Below, one piece after another: positions 48,878-59,443 of a stretch of 64,000 bases of DNA. Every line of letters begins with the position of its first letter. The stretch's first letter is position 1. Made by a program: the position numbers and the translations under genes. The DNA comes from Candidatus Hodarchaeota archaeon. Lineage in GTDB: Archaea > Asgardarchaeota > Heimdallarchaeia > Hodarchaeales > Hodarchaeaceae. The stretch lies in contig JAEOTM010000057.1 in the NCBI GenBank assembly GCA_016839815.1, forward strand, positions 26,346 to 90,345. The letters run 5' to 3'. Under the pieces are notes generated by a model. The model made no database searches, was not told the origin of the DNA, and saw only the letters and a program-made list of their open reading frames with translations.

Positions 48878-50212
48878 TTAATTAGCGTTTGTTGTTTCAA
48901 GTAGCCTATTGGTAATTCTTTGTGCTTCATCTTGAACTCTTTTTACATCCAATGTTAGAAATTTACCTTCCTGATACACGATTGACCCATCAATTACTGT
49001 CATAACTACATTTTCTCGTCCTATAGCGTAACAAAGATGACTAACTGGATCAATAATAGGAGTTGTTCCAGGGGAGTCTAGATCAAGAACTACAAGATCT
49101 GCTGAAGTATCTTTTAATAAAGTTCCTGAATAAACGTCTTTAGGAAAAAGACTATGTGCATTACACGTAGCCATCCTGACTACTTCAGTAGAAGTGACAA
49201 CAGTTGGATCTTTATAAACAGCTTTGTGAATTAAAGCTTCAAATGACATTTCCTCAAACATATCTAGTTTATTGTTACTAGCTTGACCATCGGTTGCTAG
49301 ACAAACATTCACATCTTCCTTGAGGAGACGAGGTGTGTCAGCAAATCCAGTACCAATCTTAGCGTTACTTTTTGGGCAATGAAGTACATTTACATTATAT
49401 TTTCTCAATAAATCATATTCAGATTGCGATAGATGCACACAATGAGCTGCACTGTTAATGGTATCCAAAACTCCTATTTGTTCCATCCATTCTACAGGTC
49501 TAACTGAATGTGCTCTTTCTGATTCCCCAACTTCATACTCGGTTTCATTCAAATGTGTATGGATTGTTGTTTCTCTTTCGCGCGCTTCATCTGCAATAGC
49601 TTGAAACCACTCTTTTTCTACTGTATAGGGAGCGTGGGGGCCAAATGCGATCCAAAGGCGATTATTATCTCCATTCCATTTGGTATGAACATTTTTTGCA
49701 TGATTGAAGGCCTCTTCCATTGAGCTAGCCTCGGGATTTCCAGCAAAAAATATACTAGGAGCAAGAATAGCTTTTACCCCTGTTTCATGAACAGCATGGG
49801 CAATTTGATCAGAATAAAAATATTGATCATTAAATCCAACCGTTCCACTGGCAACCATTTCCGCAATACCTAACATTGCTCCCCAATATGCATCTTTTGG
49901 AACTAAGTGTGGTTCTATACTCCAAATGTGTTCTAACCATGTTTGTAGAGGTTTATTTTCAGAAATCCCTCTCTGTAAAGTCATGGGGATATGCGTATGA
50001 GCATTAACCAGACCTGGAATAATTAATCCCTTTTCAAAATTATAATATTCATGACCGGCTTTCTTGTTACTTCCCTCGCCTTGTCTTGGGCCAGAATATG
50101 CAATTTTATTTCCTTCAATAACTATACGTCCATCAGTAAGGACTTTTCCAGATTGAGGATAATAAAGCCATTTTCCATCTATCACTAGATCCATATGTGA
50201 TTTCATTATCAT
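48878..50212 (-). CDS. mtaD: Amidohydrolase, 5'-methylthioadenosine/SAH deaminase-like
   Basis: PGLVNAHTH, PHAPYT, HTHLNET, AAHCV, TDGQASNN. Confidence 0.8.
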   Translation of the reverse strand: MIMKSHMDLVIDGKWLYYPQSGKVLTDGRIVIEGNKIAYSGPRQGEGSNKKAGHEYYNFEKGLIIPGLVNAHTHIPMTLQRGISENKPLQTWLEHIWSIEPHLVPKDAYWGAMLGIAEMVASGTVGFNDQYFYSDQIAHAVHETGVKAILAPSIFFAGNPEASSMEEAFNHAKNVHTKWNGDNNRLWIAFGPHAPYTVEKEWFQAIADEARERETTIHTHLNETEYEVGESERAHSVRPVEWMEQIGVLDTINSAAHCVHLSQSEYDLLRKYNVNVLHCPKSNAKIGTGFADTPRLLKEDVNVCLATDGQASNNKLDMFEEMSFEALIHKAVYKDPTVVTSTEVVRMATCNAHSLFPKDVYSGTLLKDTSADLVVLDLDSPGTTPIIDPVSHLCYAIGRENVVMTVIDGSIVYQEGKFLTLDVKRVQDEAQRITNRLLETTNAN

Positions 50213-50347
50213 TGATTATTTTTTCTTCATATGATGTATGTGACATTTTTGCCCCTATCTTTCTTTTTATAAAATCTAATTACTTCCAAGTCTCATTCTA
50301 CAGAATTTCCTATTGGGAATTTCTAGTTCATTGTAGGTGTAACGCGA

Positions 50348-51745
50348 GTGGATACTAAAATTAAAGGATTTTATGGCTTAATTCTTCTTTTATTGCTTTC
50401 TTTCAACTTAGGATTAGTTATGTGTAATCTAAATCCAGAGAATCTTGGGAAGCGATATGGAAAAACTATCTCTTCCTCTGAAAAAATTGAAACTCTTCTT
50501 TGGAGAAATACTGACCCAGCAGCTTATATTCATCATGTAGTAGTGGGAGATTTGAATAACGATGGAATTGATGACGTAGTCGCCAGAGATCATGAAACAC
50601 ATGTTTATGCTATCAATGGTTATACAGGTGAAATGTCCTGGATAAATTATGCACCCACAGATATGATTAGATCAATTTCGATAGGGGACTTTGATAACGA
50701 TGGATCTGCTGATGCATTAGTAGGGGAGTTGGGAGGAATGGTTTATGCTGTTGAAGGGGAGTCTGGAACGATTTTATGGAATAATACAGATACAAGTCAA
50801 AAAGCATTTTCTCTAGCGGTTGCAGATTTTAATCAAGATGGAACTGAAGATGCACTAGTAGGAAGTTGGGGAAAAAAGGTATTAGCAATTAATGGGAGGA
50901 ACGGTACTACGTTATGGAACTATACAAATATTTCAGAGTATATTTTGCCTGTAATTGTTGGGAACCTCAGTAGGGATGGGGTGGATGCAATCGCAGGTAG
51001 TTTGGATGGCAAAATATATGCAATAAATGGTAGTAATGGTGAAATTCTTTGGGTAAATTCTGATCAGGATAAATCTACAATTGCCCTTGCTATTGGAAAG
51101 TTCAACAATGACCAAATTGATGATGTTTTATGTGGTTGTTATTCTAATCTAAGATTATATACAATTGATGGAGAAACTGGGGAAACAATTTGGAATAACA
51201 CAGAAATTGGATCAGTTACCTCAGTAGTTGCTAGAGATTTTAATAATGATGGCGTGGATGATGCAATAGTAGGAAGCAGTGATACTAACGTTTATGTATT
51301 CGATGGTCTTACAGGTAGTCAAATATGGAACAACACCACACCTGAAAATGAAGTAATATCTGTTTCAATTGGCGATTTTGATGGTGATGGACAGGAAGAA
51401 GTACTAGCAGGTTCATATGATTCAAATATTTACGTTTTCAATGGAAATGACGGTGAATTAATGTGGAAAATGGAGGAACCTTCTGATTGGGTAGTATCAG
51501 TAGCTGTTGGAAATTTCAATGGTGATAGTATTGATGATATAGTCGCTGGAAGTTATGATAAATCTATATACGCGTATTCACTTCTTGAACCTGTTACTAC
51601 TTGGGATTATAGTACTACATCGGAAGTTTCAACAACGAGTGATGTTGATAAAACTACAGATTCCTTACAAACAAGTAGCTGGTCATTTCCCCTAATCAGT
51701 TTAGCTCTTGTTGTAATAGTATTGACTAAACGTAAATTTAATTAA
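50348..51745 (+). CDS. Membrane-anchored FG-GAP/PQQ-like beta-propeller
   Basis: Eight GDxxxDGxxD-type repeats alternating with AINGxxGxxxW; S/T linker, TM and KRK. Confidence 0.88.
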   Translation: MDTKIKGFYGLILLLLLSFNLGLVMCNLNPENLGKRYGKTISSSEKIETLLWRNTDPAAYIHHVVVGDLNNDGIDDVVARDHETHVYAINGYTGEMSWINYAPTDMIRSISIGDFDNDGSADALVGELGGMVYAVEGESGTILWNNTDTSQKAFSLAVADFNQDGTEDALVGSWGKKVLAINGRNGTTLWNYTNISEYILPVIVGNLSRDGVDAIAGSLDGKIYAINGSNGEILWVNSDQDKSTIALAIGKFNNDQIDDVLCGCYSNLRLYTIDGETGETIWNNTEIGSVTSVVARDFNNDGVDDAIVGSSDTNVYVFDGLTGSQIWNNTTPENEVISVSIGDFDGDGQEEVLAGSYDSNIYVFNGNDGELMWKMEEPSDWVVSVAVGNFNGDSIDDIVAGSYDKSIYAYSLLEPVTTWDYSTTSEVSTTSDVDKTTDSLQTSSWSFPLISLALVVIVLTKRKFN

Positions 51746-51893
51746 GTTACTTCTGTTTCTCACCCCCGTAGATTCAATTCGATCAAAGTTATAAAGATAT
51801 AAATAGAAATATAACTCGTTTATTGATAATCAAAAGAAATCAGATCAATAGTTCGAAACACTAATCTACTCCTTTCTCACCTGTGATTATACA

Positions 51894-52448
51894 ATGTTAA
51901 ATCGAGAAGATCTTGAAAAATTGTCAGAAGCTGAACTAGAGAAGCTATATCAGGAGAAAAAATCAGAGTACGATGAACGCTCAAGTAAATATAAAAGGAT
52001 TCAAGATTTATTAAGAAACAAAATTACATCAAAACAGAAAACGATCCAAGAATATCAATCAGAAATCGATCTACTCCGAATAAAACACCCAAATGTCAAC
52101 ATCGCCAAACAAGAGTTTGACGACGATCCTCAATTTCTACGTGAAAGCATCCAAAAGCATACCACTGCTCTTCTAAATCTTCAAACTCAGCAAATAGGAC
52201 TGAAAAAAGAAATAAAAGAACTTGATATGGGATACGTGAAGCTTCAAGCTCAAGAGAAATTTCTTCAGAACGAGGTAGATGAATTAATAGCACTCAATGC
52301 TGAATTAGACCAGAAATCAGGTGAGGGTCAATCTGAAAAAATGCAACTCGCGGTTATTACTTCTGAATATCAAACCACTCATGACCTTCTTGACACTTTA
52401 ACCTTGGAGATTGAACATCTACATAAACGATTGCACGACAGGAGCTAA
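51894..52448 (+). CDS. Coiled-coil hypothetical protein
   Basis: Heptad-rich E/K/Q/L composition. Confidence 0.75.
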   Translation: MLNREDLEKLSEAELEKLYQEKKSEYDERSSKYKRIQDLLRNKITSKQKTIQEYQSEIDLLRIKHPNVNIAKQEFDDDPQFLRESIQKHTTALLNLQTQQIGLKKEIKELDMGYVKLQAQEKFLQNEVDELIALNAELDQKSGEGQSEKMQLAVITSEYQTTHDLLDTLTLEIEHLHKRLHDRS

Positions 52449-52454
52449 GAAGAG

Positions 52455-53435
52455 ATGTCTTCAACTATAGATGATCTATTGGCGCTGTATACACGGATGG
52501 AGAAATTATCATCCACTCATATTCAAACCAAGTTTGATTTATCTCAAGATCTAAAGGAGTTATTTCAGAAAGAAAAATCGTTTAAAATCCAAGTGATGAA
52601 GCTCCAAGAGGCAGTGGATCTGCAACAAGCAGATTCAAAGCCCAAAAGAAAGGTAGAAGATATCACCCAGTTAATAACGACAATTAATAGTCTTGAGAGT
52701 GAAATTTCCAATAATGAATTGCAAAATTCCGAATTAGAATCACAACTAACAATTAAAAAGACTGAGCATGGAATATTATCCAATAAACTTACAATGTTAC
52801 AAAATGAGAAAGAGCAGCTAGTAATAACTAACAATCAAAGAAAAGCAGAACAAACCCGAGCAAAAAAAGACAGTGCCAAAGTAAAAAGTGAAAGAGCAAG
52901 ATTAGATAAACTCAGAAAACAAATTGAAAATAAAGAGGAGGTAAAGAAAAACTTGGAAGCCGCTACGCAAACAGTAACACAGATTGAACAGGTAATCGTA
53001 ACTTCTTCCCCAACAACTGATTCGGAGAAGGGAGATATATCTCAAGAAATTTCTAAAGAGGTTGAAGAGTTGATATTTGCATCTAAACGTACTTTCGATG
53101 AAGCACAAACCAAATTTTCATCTACAGACCTGACTCCTTATTTAATCGATGCTGACAAGGCATATAAACTCGGTGTGAAAGCATTCATACTGTTAAGTGA
53201 AAGATTGGATGATACTATTACCTCCAAACCTTTTACTGATCAAGTTTTTGAAATTGTAAATTATGGACTTGTGCTGAATACTCGTCATTTGAGTGCAGTA
53301 GAAGGAATGCTTCAGAAGTTGGAAAAGGGAGTGGAAATTTCACCATTAGCGAGTTTTGCTAATGAAGTTCGAGATTACTTTGTAGAAAATTTAATACTTT
53401 TAGGGGTTACAGGAGTAATTCTTGAGATTGATTAA
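52455..53435 (+). CDS. Coiled-coil protein with C-terminal helical (possibly degenerate HEPN-like) domain
   Basis: Long heptad region, then ASKRTFDEAQTKFSSTDL...ADKAYKLGVKAFILL. Confidence 0.7.
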   Translation: MSSTIDDLLALYTRMEKLSSTHIQTKFDLSQDLKELFQKEKSFKIQVMKLQEAVDLQQADSKPKRKVEDITQLITTINSLESEISNNELQNSELESQLTIKKTEHGILSNKLTMLQNEKEQLVITNNQRKAEQTRAKKDSAKVKSERARLDKLRKQIENKEEVKKNLEAATQTVTQIEQVIVTSSPTTDSEKGDISQEISKEVEELIFASKRTFDEAQTKFSSTDLTPYLIDADKAYKLGVKAFILLSERLDDTITSKPFTDQVFEIVNYGLVLNTRHLSAVEGMLQKLEKGVEISPLASFANEVRDYFVENLILLGVTGVILEID

Positions 53436-53455
53436 GAAAAAAAGTAGAAAGGAAA

Positions 53456-54547
53456 TCAGATCAATGATTTCCTATCACTTGTCTGCCAAGCTCCAAATTT
53501 AAATACATCATAGAGCGCGGACAGAAAAGAGATCACAGCAGCAACACCAAAAATTACTCTTAAGAATAAATCCGAATTCTGGATAAACCAAAAGACATCA
53601 GGATCCGCTAAAAGGTCTGCAGGGGCATTAGCAGTAATTGCTAAGGCTAATGTAAATGGAAAATAAAGTACAACTACGACAGCTGAAGCTCCACTTACAA
53701 TGTTCTTAAGTGCTGAGGCTAAGCGAGTAACTCTAATCCGACCAAATAGTACAAGAAAAGCATTGTAGGCAATACTTACAACTAATGAGAAGTAAACTGC
53801 AAATCCAGCAATTAAGTACCAATTCTCATTGAAAATCGGAATATCGGAGATTTCTAAGTAAAGTAAAAATACAATACCGATTACTGCAAATACACCTCCA
53901 AAGAAACCACCAATATGTGGTCCGAAGGCGGACCAAAAACCAACTTCAGATTTTCTCGGTTCCTCCTTCACGTAATAGACATCTAAAGACTTTTTTGGTA
54001 CAGGAGTAGTTCTTTTATTGAATTCTGTTCGGATATCCTCATAGGATTTCTGAAATGATACCCTTAGCTTCATCATTTGCTCTTTGAAAGTCTTTTCGTC
54101 TGTAATGTACAAAGCCATGATGAAAAAGGCTATTCCAATCAAACCCATAACCAGAGAGAGAAAAGAGATGAAAGGATCATCTGTTGCAATCTGAATTATC
54201 CATGCTATCATCATAATTCCTACAAATCCCGCTAAAGCAAGGATTACAAATTGCTCATTCTGTATCTTTGATTCAGGTCGAGTTAAGGGGGTTTTCCATT
54301 CCGTAGCAATATTGGATTCCTCCTCCAAAAATTTCGAAGCTAAAGATTTTGGATCCTCCATAATCATTAGTGCCTGTTCAAAAGCTTCGTGAATGGTTAT
54401 CCCTTTTTCTTTTTCTGATATATTGTGGGCAAGATCCCAGATATGTGCTTGTAATTCCTTCAATATTTGTTCTTTATCAGCTAAAGGGTCTAAATATCTA
54501 CCTACTTCAGCTAAGTAGTCATCAATTTCTTTATATGTCGTATTCAT
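53456..54547 (-). CDS. HAAS/DUF1700-like PadR-associated membrane protein
   Basis: IDDYLAEV...ILKELQAHI...EDPKSLA, then TM helices; coupled to padR. Confidence 0.7.
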   Translation of the reverse strand: MNTTYKEIDDYLAEVGRYLDPLADKEQILKELQAHIWDLAHNISEKEKGITIHEAFEQALMIMEDPKSLASKFLEEESNIATEWKTPLTRPESKIQNEQFVILALAGFVGIMMIAWIIQIATDDPFISFLSLVMGLIGIAFFIMALYITDEKTFKEQMMKLRVSFQKSYEDIRTEFNKRTTPVPKKSLDVYYVKEEPRKSEVGFWSAFGPHIGGFFGGVFAVIGIVFLLYLEISDIPIFNENWYLIAGFAVYFSLVVSIAYNAFLVLFGRIRVTRLASALKNIVSGASAVVVVLYFPFTLALAITANAPADLLADPDVFWFIQNSDLFLRVIFGVAAVISFLSALYDVFKFGAWQTSDRKSLI

Positions 54548-54930
54548 TTAAATTCCTTCTCAGTAGTTTCTATTAAATCGCCAAGGATTCCATAGTAGTG
54601 AATCCAATTTTGCCAAAGAGCTTGATATGCCCGTTCCCCTTTTTGAGTTAAACGATAGTGTTTACGTGCAGGTCCAGAAGAGGAAACTTTTAATTGGTGT
54701 TCCACCATTTGTTCTTTTTCGAATCTACGTAATATCGCATAAAAAGTTGCCTTTGTACCATCAAGCTCTCCTTGTGTGGCCTCTATTAATTTTTCTCCAA
54801 TGAGATAACCATAAATCCCATCATCTTGATACTCTTTAATAATAGCGAGTATTGCAAGACGATTGACACTGTTTAGAAGATTATTAATTTCTTTCGTTAC
54901 CCATTGAGTTATTTCATTAGTTTCTGTCAA
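54544..54930 (-). CDS. PadR family transcriptional regulator
   Basis: YGYLI, TFYAILRRFEK, GPARKHYRLTQKG. Confidence 0.92.
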   Translation of the reverse strand: MTETNEITQWVTKEINNLLNSVNRLAILAIIKEYQDDGIYGYLIGEKLIEATQGELDGTKATFYAILRRFEKEQMVEHQLKVSSSGPARKHYRLTQKGERAYQALWQNWIHYYGILGDLIETTEKEFK

Positions 54931-54943
54931 GGCATACTACCTC

Positions 54944-54984
54944 TGATAGTATTATCAACTACTAATAGCATCACTAATATTAGT
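54944..54984. promoter_or_regulatory. Candidate PadR operator palindromes
   Basis: tgatagt/attatca (1 mismatch) and perfect actaatattagt just upstream of padR. Confidence 0.35.
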
Positions 54985-55060
54985 TTATAACTCGATCGGA
55001 TATGGCACAAATTCCTGATTAATATTGATTTAAATAGTTACAACAGAATACCATATTAGA

Positions 55061-56404
55061 ATGCTCCGATTCTCTTTATTAACTCCATATTCCATTTATT
55101 TTGTCTTTATCTCTCTCATTTTCTTTCAAACCACAGGTTGCAGTTATCCAACAACAAATTCAAGTTCAAATGAGCAAACTATCCTTCCCTACAGAGGGGT
55201 CGATATCTCTTTTCTACCAGAAATTGAAGATAATGGAGGCATATACAATATGAATGGAGAAACAACCGACTTATTGCAAATTTTAAGAAGTAACGGTATT
55301 AACTCTATTCGATTGCGAATTTGGAATGATCCAGTTGATGGGTATTGTGGTAGAAATCAGACACTCTCTTTTGCAAGAAGAATTACTGATATGGGATTCA
55401 ACTTATTACTAGATTTTCATTATTCAGATACTTGGGCCGATCCAGGTCATCAAACAAAACCTGTAGCTTGGAATAATTTATCTTTTAATGTACTTGAAAC
55501 CGCCATTTACACATATACTCACGAAATCATTTCAACTTTACGGAATCAAGGCTCCTTACCTCGTATTGTACAAATTGGTAACGAGATCACAGGAGGGATG
55601 TTATGGGATGAAGGAAAAGTTGGAGGAACATTCAATAATATATCTCAATGGACTCAGTTTACCTCTCTTTTAAAATCTGGTATTCAAGGGGTTCACGACG
55701 CTGCTTTAACGGATTCAATTGAGATCATGATTCACTCAGATAGGGGTGGGGATAATGCAGGGTGTAGATGGTTTTATAATAATCTAGCCAATTACAATGT
55801 GTCCTTTGATATTATTGGACTATCATTTTATCCTTGGTGGCATGGAACGTTAACAAATCTAAAAGAAAATCTGGTTGATTTAAGTTCAAGATATAATCAG
55901 AAAATTTGTGTGGTTGAAACAGCTTATCCTTGGACACTCGATTGGAACGATGATAAGACAAATACAATTGGTCTCGAGAGTCAGCTTCATGAGGGATACC
56001 CAGCAACGGTTCAGGGACAGTATAGTTTCTTAAAGGATCTTTCTCGTATTGTGATGAATTCAACAAATTCAAAGGGTATCGGTGTATACTATTGGGCTCC
56101 TGAAGTTATCTCAACTCCGACACGAGGATCAACAAGAGAAAATTTAGGATTTTTTGATTTTTCGGGTAATATTCTTGATTCTATCCAAGTTTTCTTACAA
56201 TCGTCAACCACTAGCTATTTATCAACAACGGCTATAAACATTCCACAAACCAATACAACAACAGTTTCAGAGAATTCCTCAACAACAATCATTTCAACAA
56301 GTAAGTCTATAGGAGAAAGTCGCTCTCTACTCATTCTATTAACATCATTCCCTCTGCTATTGTTCCAAAAAAGACGGAAGAAATCAAGAACTACAAAGGA
56401 GTAA
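55061..56404 (+). CDS. GH53 endo-beta-1,4-galactanase, membrane anchored
   Basis: GVDIS, RLRIW, DFHYSDTWADPGHQ, catalytic QIGNE and VVETAYP; S/T linker and TM. Confidence 0.93.
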   Translation: MLRFSLLTPYSIYFVFISLIFFQTTGCSYPTTNSSSNEQTILPYRGVDISFLPEIEDNGGIYNMNGETTDLLQILRSNGINSIRLRIWNDPVDGYCGRNQTLSFARRITDMGFNLLLDFHYSDTWADPGHQTKPVAWNNLSFNVLETAIYTYTHEIISTLRNQGSLPRIVQIGNEITGGMLWDEGKVGGTFNNISQWTQFTSLLKSGIQGVHDAALTDSIEIMIHSDRGGDNAGCRWFYNNLANYNVSFDIIGLSFYPWWHGTLTNLKENLVDLSSRYNQKICVVETAYPWTLDWNDDKTNTIGLESQLHEGYPATVQGQYSFLKDLSRIVMNSTNSKGIGVYYWAPEVISTPTRGSTRENLGFFDFSGNILDSIQVFLQSSTTSYLSTTAINIPQTNTTTVSENSSTTIISTSKSIGESRSLLILLTSFPLLLFQKRRKKSRTTKE

Positions 56405-56409
56405 ATTAT

Positions 56410-57048
56410 ATGATTCAAAAACCTCCTAAATTAACCCCTAAAATTATATTAGAAGGGACCCGGCTTACTCAGAAGACTGAAATTGCCTTCATGCTGAATG
56501 AACACCCTAGAATTGTAGGTCCACGAAAATATCGCTATCATTCTCCAATTATTTCTGCTGAATGGTGTGGATTTACTAATTTTCCTTGGGGACGTGGATT
56601 AATCAATTTTAGTCCCTCTGAAGAGGCACAAGCTATAGAAACCTATGAAACATGGATTAAATTATTTGAGCTTCAGCGTTACTATTCATGGATTGTTGAT
56701 AGGTTCCATATTAGCACAATTGTATACCAGAGGCAACAAGGCAGACAAATTGATTTTCAATGGTTAGAAAAAAGATTAATTCCCCTTGGATTCTGTATTA
56801 TTTTATGTAAAAGGAATAAAAATAGTTTTAACCAGGCTAAAATGAGGCGATTAAAAGTTTCAGGCAACCCCCCTCAATATGATAATCTAAATATCTTTAT
56901 ACAAGAACAGGAACTGTTCAGGAAAGAAGTAAAGAAATCGATCCTTCCTCATATTGAGATTGATATCTCTAGTAATAATCTAGAACAAGTATGTACAAAC
57001 ATTGCGGATTTTCTGGAGGATAACAACTTACTGGGGCTGTTTGAGTGA
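56410..57048 (+). CDS. P-loop NMP-kinase-like protein with degenerate Walker A
   Basis: IILEGTRLTQKTE and IVDRFHISTIVYQ (thymidylate kinase-like DR motif). Confidence 0.6.
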   Translation: MIQKPPKLTPKIILEGTRLTQKTEIAFMLNEHPRIVGPRKYRYHSPIISAEWCGFTNFPWGRGLINFSPSEEAQAIETYETWIKLFELQRYYSWIVDRFHISTIVYQRQQGRQIDFQWLEKRLIPLGFCIILCKRNKNSFNQAKMRRLKVSGNPPQYDNLNIFIQEQELFRKEVKKSILPHIEIDISSNNLEQVCTNIADFLEDNNLLGLFE

Positions 57049-57115
57049 ACTTTGTCTAATAAATTGAATAAACTAATGTTTATTATTCACTGGAAGAATG
57101 ATACCATGAATCCAA

Positions 57116-59443
57116 GTGCGTCTCCAGAAACCCTCTCTTAATGTTGTCACTATCATCTTAATCGGCACAGTATTACCTATTATTTTAGGGACATTATTTG
57201 GAGTAATAGTCTATTCGGGAACCGTAAACCGTGCAAACACTCTTGCTAGTAATTCTCTTTCTCAAACAGCACACAAAGAATTAAACAATACCGTATCAGC
57301 TCAAACTGAATTACTTGATGATTTTTTTCACGATTTCGAATCTCTGATTATAAATGCTCATGACTATTTGGAAAATCTAGTATCATATCCTAATACGAAT
57401 TCTCGATGGAATAATTCTTGGTTCAATCGAAATGAGCTTGGTATAACGGGTTTAACAACTGATTTAGGATACGGGGATGTATTCATCTTTCCTGGGGTAG
57501 AAATGAATAGTACAGTAAATGCTACTATTGATTTTCTATCATTAGGAGCACCATATTTTAATTCTATAGTTCGATCCAGTTCAGTTTTACATGCTTACTT
57601 TTCAACAGAGAATGGTGTCAATTGGGTCTATCCGTTCATTAATGCGTTCTCATTTCTATCTCCTAATACTACAGCTCATCAACGTCCTTGGTATCAAGCT
57701 GCACTTCAAAATGATACTGTTCATTGGTCAATTTATACGGATGCATTTACAGGAAATTGGACGGCTACAGTCTCCATACCTTTCTATAATGGGTCTGAGT
57801 TATTTGGAGTGGCAGGATTGGATATTTCGCTTACAAAAATTGAATCTGAACTTAGTTCATTTTCATATAGCGAAACAAGTTATGCTCTCTTATTGAATCG
57901 TTCTCTTGCAATTATTGCTCGTTCTGATGTGTTGCCTAGTGATCCTGGATACGATGAGTTAATCAACTCTACGAGTGTTTCTCCTGGTAAGTTCTCACAA
58001 CTTCATTATGCTTTGATTGATGCTTTCAAAAATCAATCAGGATTCATAGAATTAAATTTAAACACTGGACCTAATTTCACAGAAGAGGAATCAAAATTTT
58101 TATTTTACAAGTCATTAGAAACAGTGGATCTTCTCTTTTGTATTGTTTTAAGTCAAGGTGATATCAATACAATAGCCGCTTCGATTCTTGATCTTTATAA
58201 CTCTTCAGCAGGTCAATTTGTGCTTAGTCAAATCATAACAATCATTATTATATTCTTTTTAACCTTTTTACTCGCGTTTATTGGTTATAGTTATGGAATA
58301 AGAGGGATTTTTCGGACACGAACTCGAATCACTGAAGCACGATTAGAAAAATCAGAAAAAGATTACCAAGATTTATTCGAAGAGACCCCCCTTGGTTTAT
58401 ACCGGTCAACTCCTGGAGGTCAGTTTATAGCAGCTAATAAAGCCTTCGTCAACCTACTTGGAGCTAAATCGTTTGAAGATCTCCAAAAATGGAATATAAA
58501 TGACTTAACAAAGGAGATTGAATATCCACGAGTTGATTTTACGCATAAATTAGCTAGAAGTAGGGAAACAAAAACCTTTGAGTATCGTATCAAACGTTTA
58601 GATGGTTCTCACATTTATATACGAGAACACTCACGTGCTGTCCTTGACGAGAATGGAACCATTCTATTCTATGAAGGTTCAATGGAAGATATTTCTAAAC
58701 AAAGAGCTGCTGAATTTGCGCAGACCATTTTAGAACAAAAAAGATCTGATTTTATATCTATGACAACACATGAGTTAAGAACACCATTGACATCAATTAA
58801 AGGATTTACTGATATTCTTGAAAGGGCTGGTGAATCAGATATTGAGGATGATAAGCGTGTTCAGATTTATTCTTTAATTAGAAAAAATGTCTACCGTCTT
58901 GAAAGATTAGTACAAGGGGTCAGTGATCTTACTAGAATAGAACAGGGGATATTTGATTTGCTAAAAGAGGAGTTTAAGCTGTGTGATTACCTTAAGAATC
59001 TCATTCCTCTTTTTGAAACACTGCTTGGACATCCTATGCAAATTATCCAACATTCTCCTGAGAAAATCTGCTGGGTAAGTGCAGACAAAGATCGGATAGA
59101 ACAAATTCTAATGAATTTAATTGATAATGCCATTAAACATACCCCTGAAGAGAATAGGCAGATTATCCTAGAAACTGAAATTATAGATGATGTAATTCAA
59201 CTTAAAATTGTAGATAATGGCTGTGGAATCTCAACAGAAAATCTAGAAATCATTTTTGATCAATTTGTGTCCCTACCAACCCAATATTCAGTTGGAGGAA
59301 CAGGTATTGGTCTTTATGTGTCTAGATTATTGGCTGAAGCTCAAGGTGGTTCCCTTCGGGCTGAAAGTGATGGGGCAGGAATGGGTTCAACATTCATTTT
59401 GGAATTACCACTTTTAAAAGATAAAATCGCTTCTACCGAGTAG
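57116..59443 (+). CDS. Sensor histidine kinase (TM-dCache-TM-PAS-HisKA-HATPase)
   Basis: RPWY...YTDA Cache motif, PAS, THELRTPLT, NLIDNAIKH, DNGCGI, GTGIGL. Confidence 0.93.
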   Translation: MRLQKPSLNVVTIILIGTVLPIILGTLFGVIVYSGTVNRANTLASNSLSQTAHKELNNTVSAQTELLDDFFHDFESLIINAHDYLENLVSYPNTNSRWNNSWFNRNELGITGLTTDLGYGDVFIFPGVEMNSTVNATIDFLSLGAPYFNSIVRSSSVLHAYFSTENGVNWVYPFINAFSFLSPNTTAHQRPWYQAALQNDTVHWSIYTDAFTGNWTATVSIPFYNGSELFGVAGLDISLTKIESELSSFSYSETSYALLLNRSLAIIARSDVLPSDPGYDELINSTSVSPGKFSQLHYALIDAFKNQSGFIELNLNTGPNFTEEESKFLFYKSLETVDLLFCIVLSQGDINTIAASILDLYNSSAGQFVLSQIITIIIIFFLTFLLAFIGYSYGIRGIFRTRTRITEARLEKSEKDYQDLFEETPLGLYRSTPGGQFIAANKAFVNLLGAKSFEDLQKWNINDLTKEIEYPRVDFTHKLARSRETKTFEYRIKRLDGSHIYIREHSRAVLDENGTILFYEGSMEDISKQRAAEFAQTILEQKRSDFISMTTHELRTPLTSIKGFTDILERAGESDIEDDKRVQIYSLIRKNVYRLERLVQGVSDLTRIEQGIFDLLKEEFKLCDYLKNLIPLFETLLGHPMQIIQHSPEKICWVSADKDRIEQILMNLIDNAIKHTPEENRQIILETEIIDDVIQLKIVDNGCGISTENLEIIFDQFVSLPTQYSVGGTGIGLYVSRLLAEAQGGSLRAESDGAGMGSTFILELPLLKDKIASTE

